Assembly (NCBI GenBank): GCA_036172245.1
Contig: JAYWIR010000018.1
Span: 2,480,001-2,544,000, forward strand
Source of the DNA: Raillietiella orientalis
Lineage: Eukaryota
Reading direction: 5' to 3'
DNA length: 64,000 bases
Positions 51,201 to 59,100 of the stretch are shown here, piece after piece. Positions within the stretch are counted from its first letter, which is position 1; each line of letters opens with the position of its first letter. The notes under the pieces are model-generated. The model made no database searches, was not told where the DNA came from, and worked only from the letters and a program-made list of their open reading frames with translations. The position numbers and the translations under genes were made by a program.

Positions 51201-52946
51201 TCATCTTGGGCTCAAACAGGAGGTCTCGAGCAGGTTCCCGAATTCCCAGATCGGGAGGTTCGAAGCGTCGGTGGTTTACAGGAGATCGGGAAACATGGAG
51301 GAAGGAAAGCCGAAACCGCTTGCGCAGTCCCAGCTTCTTGACAGAGCGCACTGGCCGAAAGGATGGCTCTGGAGGAGATCTGTGGGGTTGCAGTGCGACT
51401 AGGAATGATGGAGACAGTGGATAGATGGTGGCTTCCTCAGCCATAGCGAGGGAGGAGATGCGTTTCGGCGCATTCCGCGGACCGTGGCGCTGGTTGCACA
51501 GTTCCACGATGACCGACAATGGGAGGAGCTCTGTCTGCTGACACTCCGAACCTTCCTCAGCGCAGCTGCTCTAGGAGTTGCGGTGGTCGAGGTCCCGTGA
51601 GCACCGAAGAGGCCAGCAACCCGTTCTTCTTCCTGAAGGGGCATTCGGAAACCCAGGCAGAGCGGGAGGGCTCTCCGATCTTCTTGCCCATCCCGAGCGC
51701 GCTGCTGTTGATGTGTCGCATCAGCTCGAGCACGCGCTGTCCGTTCGTGCGTGAGACTCAAGAGCCACGGTTGACCTCCTGACGGCTCATTCAAGAAAGG
51801 ACTTGGAGTTCGCCCTTGCACCCTTCAGGGCGGGTTCGCCTCTTTCCTTCTTTTCGAAACGTCAGGCGGAAATTGTCTGAAGGTCACCGCAACCCAGGCG
51901 CCACTTCAGGGGAACCACCAAAACTTGGCCGCCTGGCGACGTGGACGAGAATGCGACTTTTCCAGCTCGGAATGGACTCGATCACAGGATCCGCGTTTGG
52001 TTCGGCAGTCGAAAAAGGTCGTCGCGGGATGATCTTGAAGAAGTTTAGCAGTCAACGTCCTGCTTTCCGCGGTAGCTCCGGGAGTCCTCCGGAGTATCCA
52101 TGAGATTTCGTTTAAGGAACGGAGGGGCGGCAGGAAGCGAGCGTGGATCCCCTGAGATAGGCAGATCGATACGGCCGTTCGCTGAAATCCATCATGGAGC
52201 CGCGCAATCGAGAGTCTCCCTGTGTCTCAGCTTGCTCTTATCTTCTGATGCGGATGGAAGCTGAAGGATGAGGGAATCCCGAAACGGCAGAAGAGAGCCA
52301 AAAAAAAAACAACAAAAATTACTTTCGTCCCGGGACTTTTCAATCTCCTAGGAGGGAAGTTCCAAAAATAATTATAGTGACATGAGATCGAAAACCTGCG
52401 TTGTTATTGATTGATGAGAATGACCTAGGGGAACCGAAGTCGCCAAGACGACTCAAATCGCGTATCGACATGACTTGGCACGAGGTGCGCTCATGTGTCC
52501 CGCTGCAGATGCCCTCGCACAGGAAGGGCAAGGTGAAACGCATCCCTTGAAGGAACCTCGAAGCCTCTGTCCTTCCAGGTGGGAGCGACCACCCGGCGGG
52601 AAGGAGGTTTCCGTTTCCATGTGGCGACCTGGAGTCTTCGAGGCGTGGCGGGTTCCTTCGGGGACCCGTCGACGCCCCGAGGACCGTATCCTAGAGTGCC
52701 TTCGTCCCCGCTTTCCACCGCACTCCAGTGGCTGTCCGGAGGCGGCGGAACGCGATGTATGGCGCCTTCGAGGGGAATACGCGGACCTGGCGGCGGCGCT
52801 CTCTCGAGTGCCCGGTCGACGCCCACTCACCTCGTAAGCGTTCTGGATGTTGATTGATATCTTATTTTCGGCCACATACCCCACTATCCCGAGTCCATAA
52901 GGAATTCGGATGGCTTCCATTCCGTCCGTGGATGCGGGACTGCAGT
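3344..52946 (-). CDS. Pde6: Spliced gene (5'-partial; 3' tail unresolved) for a dual-GAF cGMP-specific 3',5'-cyclic phosphodiesterase, arthropod Pde6-like
   Basis: 13 manually assembled exons with GT-AG sites and matching phases. GAF NK..F..D motifs and PDEase_I motifs [25 protein letters not shown] and the invariant Q are present. The post-catalytic [10 protein letters not shown] matches my recollection of insect Pde6 (GLTWIDHDTI). The orthology call is from memory, not a database search. Confidence 0.9.
4130..4213 (-). CDS. Pde6: Pde6-like catalytic exon ([28 protein letters not shown])
   Basis: Contains the invariant Gln (MQVEF). Acceptor gttgcag, donor AAG|gtaaga, 84 nt. Confidence 0.95.
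4375..4520 (-). CDS. Pde6: Pde6-like catalytic exon ([49 protein letters not shown])
   Basis: TACD...KPW and EFF.QGD.E motifs. Acceptor gtccatttcag, donor ATA|gtctgt (weak consensus), phase 1 to 0. Confidence 0.94.
5668..5800 (+). mobile_element. tRNA-derived SINE-like element, head only
   Basis: B-box gggttcgaatcccac followed by the family motif gggaaggatcgatgccagagaaatgggt. Confidence 0.75.
8720..10051 (-). mobile_element. SINE-like element interrupted by the 9282-9881 LINE
   Basis: T-run (A-tail) at ~8720-8748, body matching 57214-57944, head gggattcgaaccc at ~9990. Confidence 0.7.
9282..9881 (+). mobile_element. 5'-truncated LINE 3' end inserted into a SINE copy
   Basis: [19 protein letters not shown] zinc knuckle, T-rich 3' UTR and AATAAA. 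Flanked by ACCAGTG direct repeats (9275-9281, 9882-9888). Confidence 0.75.
10230..10915 (+). mobile_element. Interspersed repeat (probable LINE fragment), inverted copy at 62150-62760
   Basis: Long shared blocks, e.g. ggatgggaggtgcatccgtgctgcacgg and gccatcccgggagctgacggagtcctcctggatggcgtgttgagcgac, seen as reverse complements in the second copy. Confidence 0.8.
11029..11182 (-). CDS. Pde6: Pde6-like catalytic exon ([51 protein letters not shown])
   Basis: AILSTD motif. Acceptor gttgtcttcctcag, donor A|gtaagc, phase 0 to 1. Confidence 0.96.
13160..14255 (+). mobile_element. 5'-truncated L1/Tx1-like LINE with an open 3' part of ORF2 (13358-14098)
   Basis: 246-codon ORF with [17 protein letters not shown] (C-x2-C-x7-H-x4-C), then a T-rich UTR and AATAAA at ~14225. 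Confidence 0.85.
15140..15960. repeat. A/G-skewed AT-rich low-complexity tract (aatagtaa/gcagtaa-like cryptic repeats); similar tract at 18280-18500
   Basis: Recurrent atagtaa, gcagtaa and gataat words with C depletion on the + strand. Confidence 0.8.
16300..16810 (-). mobile_element. LINE AP-endonuclease remnant
   Basis: [12 protein letters not shown]...PDVFF resembles APE motif I (I.SWN..GL...PDI). Frameshifted. Confidence 0.55.
18212..18260. repeat. (CA)n microsatellite, about 24 units
   Basis: Directly visible. Confidence 0.99.
18580..19940 (+). mobile_element. Highly decayed LINE ORF2 remnant
   Basis: [10 protein letters not shown] resembles the L1/Tx1 K..GGL.L motif. Many stops; boundaries approximate. 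Confidence 0.35.
20012..20191 (-). CDS. Pde6: Pde6-like catalytic exon ([23 protein letters not shown]...[22 protein letters not shown])
   Basis: PDEase_I signature [10 protein letters not shown]. Acceptor tttctgttttaaag, donor TCC|gtaagt, 180 nt. Confidence 0.97.
26555..27120 (+). mobile_element. SINE-like element
   Basis: Head gcgggttggaatccc, then gctgactggccgggattggaagttgacc and aagaagcgcgctgctccctt, shared with the 55520 copy. Confidence 0.75.
28070..28213 (-). CDS. Pde6: Pde6-like catalytic exon ([48 protein letters not shown])
   Basis: YHNWRH metal-binding motif. Acceptor gtttttgcaag, donor GAG|gtcagt, 144 nt. Confidence 0.96.
30164..30269 (-). CDS. Pde6: Pde6-like exon ([36 protein letters not shown])
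   Basis: Follows a 51-nt intron. Acceptor gattgcag, donor AAG|gtaat, phase 2 to 0. Confidence 0.93.
30321..30550 (-). CDS. Pde6: Pde6-like exon, end of GAF-B and linker ([55 protein letters not shown]...)
   Basis: Acceptor ttttcttttcccaag, donor AG|gtaga, phase 0 to 2. [13 protein letters not shown]...LECLSYHA is highly characteristic. Confidence 0.95.
34094..34550 (+). repeat. ~457-bp repeat, copy 1 (inverted copy at 49261-49717)
   Basis: Identical 71-aa ORF-track peptides on opposite strands. I saw only about 3 mismatches by eye. Confidence 0.95.
35135..35272 (-). CDS. Pde6: Pde6-like exon, GAF-B ([46 protein letters not shown])
   Basis: Acceptor ttctcttctccttccag, donor AAG|gtgag, 138 nt. 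LLCLPI.N...I.G...L.NK GAF motif. Confidence 0.88.
35690..35990 (-). mobile_element. SINE-like element, 5' half
   Basis: gtgggattcgaacccgcaacgctcggtgcc head plus ccagtgccgcacccga body. Confidence 0.75.
38200..38780 (-). mobile_element. LINE AP-endonuclease remnant
   Basis: GLPETLD...GQGVAI resembles the LQET...GxGVAI endonuclease motifs. Similar sequence occurs at ~62800-63000. Confidence 0.55.
39480..40140. repeat. AT-rich (TA/TACA/TATG)n low-complexity tract
   Basis: tatatacatatatgcatata-type sequence. Confidence 0.9.
40140..41050 (+). mobile_element. Decayed LINE 3' fragment, probably related to 13160-14255
   Basis: Patchy similarity (THWK/QHWK segment, degenerate zinc-knuckle region ending ALWGRI). 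Confidence 0.4.
41294..41351 (-). CDS. Candidate GAF-B exon ([19 protein letters not shown])
   Basis: Strong poly-T acceptor (T-run + aacag), donor CTG|gtaat. Only one frame is open (phase 2 to 0). Confidence 0.45.
42758..42800 (-). CDS. Candidate GAF-B micro-exon ([14 protein letters not shown])
   Basis: Acceptor tctcctcacag, weak donor TG|gtgctt. NFTTLF resembles the RFTVLF segment I recall from insect Pde6 GAF-B. Its phase-2 end fits the next candidate exon. Confidence 0.35.
43851..43919 (-). CDS. Candidate small exon in the variable GAF-B insert (frame uncertain)
   Basis: Good acceptor tgttgtcctcag and donor AAG|gtgag, 69 nt, open in all three frames. No recognisable motif. Confidence 0.5.
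44400..45065. repeat. GAT/GAC/GGT/GAG-rich cryptic trinucleotide tract
   Basis: gatgacgacgatg, gatgatgatgagg and ggtggtggtgacc words. Confidence 0.75.
45143..45286 (-). CDS. Pde6: Pde6-like exon, start of GAF-B ([48 protein letters not shown])
   Basis: Acceptor tgtttgcttccag, donor CAG|gtgag, 144 nt, phase 0-0. LA.SIFEEQ..LE motif. Confidence 0.93.
46518..46607 (-). CDS. Pde6: Pde6-like exon, end of GAF-A ([30 protein letters not shown])
   Basis: Acceptor gtctccgttttag, donor CAG|gtcggc, 90 nt, phase 0-0. [15 protein letters not shown] motif. Confidence 0.93.
46640..47100. repeat. ATC/GTC/ACC-rich cryptic trinucleotide tract
   Basis: catcgtcatcgt and cgtcaccgtcatc words throughout. Confidence 0.85.
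47648..48033 (+). repeat. Interspersed repeat (probable LINE remnant), inverted copy at 54205-54557
   Basis: Shared [25 protein letters not shown] translation in opposite orientations. Confidence 0.85.
49261..49717 (-). repeat. ~457-bp repeat, copy 2 (reverse complement of 34094-34550)
   Basis: Direct reverse-complement comparison from cgtaaatatttttagag to ggtcacgtggcgtttc. Confidence 0.95.
50158..50316 (-). CDS. Pde6: Pde6-like exon, GAF-A ([53 protein letters not shown])
   Basis: Acceptor catcccgtag, donor ATG|gtaag, 159 nt. Contains DPRFN and NK-F-DE GAF signatures. Absent from the supplied ORF track. Confidence 0.95.
50577..51108 (-). mobile_element. SINE-like element, near full length, young subfamily
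   Basis: Head, body and A-tail present. Near-identical inverted partner at 55520-56070 (matching ORF-track peptides [31 protein letters not shown]). Confidence 0.85.
52831..52946 (-). CDS. Pde6: Pde6-like exon, GAF-A ((D)[38 protein letters not shown])
   Basis: Acceptor tttcctcttttcag, donor GAG|gtgag. GAF motif IPxGxGIVGYVA..INI.NAY. Phase 1 to 0. Confidence 0.93.
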
Positions 52947-53682
52947 CTGAAAAGAGGAAACTCGTGACACGGAGCGCCCGAAGCCTGGAATCTGGAAGCC
53001 ACGGGTGGAGCGACTGCCGGATCACAGCGGGCCGGCGACGCAAAGCAAAAGTCTGTCGGAATCCACACAACAAGAATCGGGTTTTAATTCCGCTCGCCCC
53101 TGCCCTTAAATCTCTGGAAGAGCTGACGTCCTGCTGCGGCCACGGCGGCGATCATCAATCGTGAAGTTCTGGCTTCCTGCTCCCAGAGACAAGGATATCC
53201 ATCCCAACGCCAGCTTACGGACCACGTCCGCCTGCCGGTGATCTTCCTCGGTAACCATGGTTTTTTATGTTTTCCCCTCTTGATTCCTCCATCCGCCTTT
53301 CGACTCGGGGAGAAGAGCGCCCGCGTCCCCCTACACATCCGTCAAAGCAGGACCCTCTATCGGTCAGTGCTTCCTTCGCTTTCGTGCGTAGGGCCTCGGG
53401 TGTGGTGGGTATGTGGAGTCGAGTATTCAGCCTTAGCGTGCCGTTTCTTGGAAAAGAGCAACGGATGGGTGCCACGGAATTCCCAGATCGATGTCTTAAT
53501 TGCCCGGACAGCGCTACAGATCGTCTCCAGTCCTATTGAATGTTCGACAGAGCGGTTTCCTCTGTGGTGGTCATTCGATATCACGGATTTAGTCCTACAG
53601 ATTGTCAAGTCGACCTGAGAGTCACGAGAAGGGAATCAGATGGGGTGTGGAGCCCTTGGGTCGGTATGCAAAGCTAATCAAT

Positions 53683-54075
53683 GTGTCCCGGTCTCGCAGC
53701 GCTGCACGGCGGTTCGGTTCCTTGTGTTTTCTCTTGCAGCTCTCCTCGAGGCGAAATCTCTCTTGAAGCGCTTCACCCTTGCAGACCCCCTCTCAGCTGA
53801 ACTAGTGTCTTCGTCTACGGTTCCTCCCTTCTTCCTTGGCGGAATCTTCCGCTCCAGGGCTCCGCAGCCGAGTCGGAGGCTCGAGAAGAGGCGGCTGGGG
53901 CGAAGGGCGTCTATACGGTTGGTTCCTGGGTGCGCTAGCGAGAGGTTTAGCGGAAACGAAGAGGCTTTGGTGCTGACCTCGTGGTTCTTTCCTCCTTTCA
54001 TGAGGAGTCTGCGGCTATGCAGCAGCGGCGCGCGCGTCGATGGTCTTGACTCTTGGAATGCACCGAGAGGACGGC
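53683..54075 (-). repeat. Interspersed repeat, inverted copy at 58540-59100
   Basis: Shared GTNRIDALRPSRLFSSLRLGCGALERKIPPRKKGGTVDEDTSSAERGSARVKR translation. Confidence 0.88.
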
Positions 54076-54204
54076 ATGCGCAAGTAGCCGCGCCTACCGA
54101 CAGTAGCCGTGCGTAGGTGTCTCATGCTTCCGCTGGTAAGGCAGCACCTGGTCCAATTCCTTCGATAACCACTTCTTCTTGTGCCGAATGAGGAGGGTAC
54201 CTCT

Positions 54205-54557
54205 CAGTCTCCCGCGCGAAAGCCTCTCCGTTCGGTTTCTTCCGCCAGCCTCCTGAGCATCACTCCGTGAGTTTCCAGCTTGCGCTCCATTTTTCCTGCA
54301 GCGTTTCTCGACTCGGAATACCCTTTAGGGAAGCGACAGGCAGCCCCTTCATAGGGCTGCAGGATGCACGCTGCCGCTCGGGAGGCGTCAGCAGAAACCA
54401 GCAGTCCGTCGGCACCAAAGAGTGGCGCGTGGCTTCCACCCTGGCGGTAGGGGTAAGAAGTAGGGAGTAAGAAGAAGGAGAGGAAGCCGAGCTCCGAAGA
54501 CGCCGCGGAGGGTGCTGGTCGGACTTCAACCTGGCGATCCCGGTGATCCGAAAACCG
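54205..54557 (-). repeat. Inverted copy of 47648-48033
   Basis: The reverse complement aligns along its length with scattered mismatches and one gap. Confidence 0.85.
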
Positions 54558-55519
54558 GGATCAGTGTTTTCTTTTTCTCCCTACATTGTCTTAGCAAACT
54601 AAAGGTCGAGAGCATCTTCTGCTCTCGCAGCGTCCGCTTTCGTAACAGGAAGGGTTTTAGCTGCAAGGCTCGCCGCCGGAATGCTGTTCTGTCGGCTGGC
54701 GAAGGATACGATGATTTTCATGATCTGGCATTTCATCATTTGGCTAAAGCCACATTTTTTTGCTTTTGCAAGTCCAGGAATTCCCTCTAGAAGATTTTCC
54801 CTCAGAATCCTGGTTCGCCGATGGCGGGATCTTGATCGAGGAACTCGCTGACATCAGATTACCATATTCTATCTCGAGCATTCTTCCTTCTTTCCTGCCA
54901 AGAGGTTTCTTCCACTCTTGGTAGCGCCCGCATCCTCCTATCCTGACTATCACTGGGTTTCGTGGGGGACCGGGCACCTTTGGCTGCGAGATATCTTCCT
55001 CGTTTGGCACAAGAAGAAGTGGTTAAGGGTATTAAAAAATGACCACTGAATGGGGAGACTCGGGCAAGCCATCTTGGTGCAGCGGAGAAAAACCCCAGGC
55101 AGGCATCGAGAGGAAGGTCATGGGTTCGAATCCCGACTGTGACCCTGTCCGACAGAGGACCTTTCCTCAGATGTGTATTAGCCTCGCGCGTCAACAACTT
55201 GGGCAAGCGGACTTGGTGAAGCGGCGAAAGGCCTTCGGTGCCGACCATCTTATCAAAGCTCTTTCCCTAGAAAGCAAGCCTTTGTTCTTGAATGGTCTTC
55301 GCCGACAACCACGAACCTGGGCAGGGCGAGCGAAGAGGTGGAAGATGTGGAAAATCCCCTCCCTCATCCCCTTTAGGCAGTCTTTTGGAAAAAAAAGAGC
55401 AAAAAGCTATGAAGCAACCTTAACTGGAAGCCACATGCGAACGATGCTTGCGGTGGCTACTCCTCGGCAGCCGGAACCGAAAGGACAGCCATGTCTCCAT
55501 GAAAGCATGGTCTCCGACG

Positions 55520-56070
55520 CGGTCTTGTGTCTGGAGTGACCACTGCGCGTAGTACCCATCGCTGAGGGTTGGAATCCCGCTCGGGGAAGAATCGATGCCA
55601 GAGAAATGGGTGCGTCGCGGGTTTCGGACTCCCACCTCAAGATGACTGGCCCACTGGCTTCACTGGAGGAAACCGAATGACTCTGCTGACTGGCCAGGAT
55701 CGGAAGTTGACCTGTCCGGGTCCTTCCAAGAATTAAGAAGCCCTGCGGGGTTTCCAACCCGGTTGTGAGAATGGGGACGTACCGTGGCGTAGCATCGCAC
55801 CATGGAGCCAGTACTATGGAGCTCTTAGTGTGTAAGAAGCGCGCTGCTCCCTTGGAGGAGCATCCCTTCGGAGTTCTCCCACCAAGCGCAAGAAGGGCGT
55901 ATGCTTCTGGATTCGTGGGGTGTCCCTGCGGGGTTGTCCCCTGTAAATTGAAGAGTCACACGGCCCTCGGGTGTCGTGGACAGCGTCAAAGAGCCTCGTG
56001 AGACCCCCCTAAGGCGGCGAACGGTTCTTCAGCACGTGGCGAGCCAGAAACAAAAAAAAGGAAAAAAACC
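55520..56070 (+). mobile_element. SINE-like element, near full length, young subfamily
   Basis: gggttggaatcccgc head, ending gaacggttcttcagcacgtgg plus an A-rich tail. Confidence 0.85.
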
Positions 56071-56455
56071 TAGAAGAAAAGGAGAGAAGACAAAAGAACC
56101 CGATAGGATTTTCATTATCCTAGAACAACAGTGGTCGCTACTGATTTTTTTTTTTTTAAATAAATGAATTAAAATAAAAGCATGCAGGGCTCAAGAACTA
56201 TCTCCAGCAGGATCGCCGATACCCTAGCATCCAGGAGTTGCCATTGCGCATGATTGAGAGGAAGAACCGACGAGAACACGGGCCGACCCTCGGTGGTGCT
56301 CCTCGTGGCGCAGAAACCAGTCTATGAGATTTGCTACATTCTACTCGGCTTTAAGAGGAAATTAAATTCAATCCTAGCAAGATGTGATTCTATGAGATTC
56401 CGCTGTAATCCTTCTTACAGCGAGCGTATCCCTGGAAATGGGAAGTTTTGCGAAA

Positions 56456-56471
56456 TGACGTAATGACGTCA
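56456..56471. promoter_or_regulatory. Tandem CRE-like sites TGACGTAA-TGACGTCA
   Basis: A canonical CREB/ATF palindrome abuts a near-match in non-repetitive intronic DNA. Function untested. Confidence 0.35.
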
Positions 56472-56604
56472 GGCAAATGATCTGCCGTTCGGAGCCGACT
56501 CTAATCCAGCATAGCGTGTCGGTCTCTTATCCTGCTCCTGGTATTTGGTCCGCAATTACAAGTGTAAATCCAGGAGGAAGTGAAGGTAGATGCGTGTGGT
56601 GTCC

Positions 56605-56660
56605 GGTGGGCGGAGGGCGAACAGGCTGAGCTGATCCAGTCTGTTTTCCCTCCGCCCGCT
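56605..56660 (+). ncRNA. Pre-miRNA-like hairpin (candidate)
   Basis: 24-position stem (19 Watson-Crick, 4 G-U, 1 mismatch) with an 8-nt loop. The G-U pairs form only on the + strand. Confidence 0.35.
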
Positions 56661-57213
56661 GAACCTGCCAGTTAAGTCCAGGTCGGTTTCCGGGTGAGTA
56701 TTCGCTCCTTCCCGTGCCGACCCGATCGACATGATCGCTTCCCGTCCAACTGGGATCTGAGCTTCCTGAGGGAACGACCCGAGAAAGGCCTGCTATTCAA
56801 ACAGTGTTTGCCCCTTGACCACAGCCGGGAATGCATGAACGCCAACTACGCGCACGTTGCGAGATCGCGCTTGCCTGTCGGCAACTCGAGATGCGCGGAG
56901 GCGGGGTAACCGTGTGGGGTTTTCCCTCGCCTGCGTTTCGGTGACCATTCTGCTACCGCTGCCGCCATCGCCTTCGGCGTCCGCGATGCTGCAAGCGGCG
57001 CGCGGAAAGGACTCGCGATCGAACCGCGCGGGTCATATTCCGCACGCTTGCCACCTCTCGATAGCGTCACGTGACGGCGACACTTTCCCTTCAGCGCGGA
57101 GAGCTTTGGTTTCACCCAATCCCTAAGTCGCACGGCTCCCCTGAAAAAGTGCTGTCGCCTTATGATGGAAATCCTTTTAAGCTCTTTCCTGTCTTCGCAG
57201 TTTTCCTCCCAGC

Positions 57214-57944
57214 TTTTTTTTTTTTGGTTCGCTGCCTACCTCAAGAACCGTCGCGCGCCTGGAGGCTCACGCAGCTCTTTGACGCTGTTCCACGCCACGA
57301 GGGTGCCTGCAATTCTTCAAGATAAGGAATTACCCCGGAGGGACCACCTTATGAATCCAGGAAGGGATCCGGAGAAGGGATTCTGTCCCTCACTTCTGGG
57401 AAGGGATCCCCAAAGGGAATCTCCTTCCTCATTCTCTCCGTAGGGACCCCGGAGGGATGCGCCCCATTTTCCTCCTCCAAAGGGAACCCAGAAGGATCCG
57501 CTATTAGGAATTTCTTCTCCGGAAGGAACAGCTCCTGTTTTCTTCTCCTCTGAAGAGAATCTCGTAGGAACGCTTCCGAAATTTCTCAGAAGGGCTCTCC
57601 CTGAAGAGAGCGGCGCTCTTCTCTGCACTCTGAAGAGGTGCCACATGGTACGAGACGGAGGATCCCCCCCGAAGGACGGAGATATCGGAGGGGGACCCCC
57701 ACTCCTTGATTCCTGGAAGGACTCGTAGGTCGACTCCCATTTTTAGCCACTCATCGGGGGCATTCGGTTTTAACAGCTACCAGTGCCGCACCCGATATGG
57801 ACCAACCAGCGTCATCTTGCAGGAGGAACTCGAACCCCCGACGCACCCGTTTCTCTGGAATCGATCCTTTCCCGGGTGAAATTTGAGCCCGCTACGCTTC
57901 GTGCCACGCGCGGAGACCGTAAGCACATGGTCTCCGACGCGGGC
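57214..57944 (-). mobile_element. SINE-like element, long form
   Basis: Poly-T tail at ~57214, agctctttgacgct 3' motif, head near 57880-57944. Confidence 0.8.
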
Positions 57945-58539
57945 ACCTGTCTCTGCTTGTTCCACCTGCCAGAGTTCTTTCTCCGGTACCCGCAGGGCCC
58001 AAGGGGAAGAAGGCCTTTCTCGGGTTGTCTGGACAAACACCCAGTTTTGAAAGGCATCCGCATACCGTTCTGCGGATACCCGACATGGACAACGTACGGA
58101 TCCCGTTCGCATTTCTTCTACATCGGCACTGGAGCGCAAACAAGCGTACCACTTCAATTAATAAATCTGTGTTTATCTTAATTAAAATCTGGCGACATGA
58201 CACTTTTATGATCCGCCTTCTGTGTTTCCCGACTGCAGCACGTAGGGAGAAATTCCCAGTTGATCTTTTTTCTGATGATGCGAAAAAATTTTTTCGCATA
58301 TCCGACGGCGAAGAGGAATTTTTCCTCGTTGAATATGCGTCAGCTCTCTCAAGGATGTTGGGCTGCATCGAAAGGAACATCACTTTTGTCATCCCAAAGA
58401 TGGATTCTTCGGTACATGAGTTCTCTAGGGAAATCTCGAGAGCGTTCGGGAGCACCCTTTCGGAATTGGGATCTTGATATGAGTACCTTTGCGCGCCACG
58501 AACCGCTCCGCGATATCGCATCTGGTCAGGGACGCTCTG

Positions 58540-59100
58540 CTCTCTCAGTACATTCCAAGAGCCAAGAGCATCCACCGCGCTCAGTTGCTGCATAGCCGCA
58601 GACTCTCCCCGTGTTCTCCAATCGAAACAACACCCTGATGACGTCCGAAAGTCGCGGGACGCCTATGGGCACCATCACGGACGCGACGAAAGCGGACAAG
58701 CGACCACCCACGGGAAGAAGAACCGATCCCGGAATCTCTCTCGGCCAATCCGATAAGAGAAATGTCTGGCTGTCCGCCTGAAAGGAAAAAGGGACCACGA
58801 GGTCAGCACCAAAGCCTCTTCGTTTCCTCCGAACCTCCCTTGCTTGTGCACCTTGGAACCAACCGTATAGACGCCCTTCGCCCCAGCCGCCTCTTCTCGA
58901 GCCTCCGACTCGGCTGCGGAGCCCTGGAGCGGAAGATACCGCCCAGGAAGAAGGGGGGAACCGTAGACGAAGACACCAGTTCAGCTGAGAGGGGGTCTGC
59001 AAGGGTGAAGCGCTCCAGGAGGCATTTCGCCTAGAGGAGAGCTGCAAGCGAAAACACAAGGAACCGAACCCCCGTGCAACGCAGTGAGGCCGGGACACGT
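58540..59100 (+). repeat. Inverted copy of 53683-54075 carrying an extra ~170-bp internal segment
   Basis: Matches on both sides of ~58610-58780. Confidence 0.85.

Noticed and set aside
56470..56510. Resemblance to arthropod 7SK RNA (gatctg..gagccgac)
   Set aside because: Only a few short words match; the 5' stem and Pol III terminator are not evident.
58278..58299. 22-bp perfect palindrome atgcgaaaaaattttttcgcat
   Set aside because: It is mostly A/T runs, has low information content and is isolated.
58526..58780. Apparent minus-strand exon after ttttcctttcag
   Set aside because: It lies inside the 58540-59100 repeat copy and has no GAF similarity.
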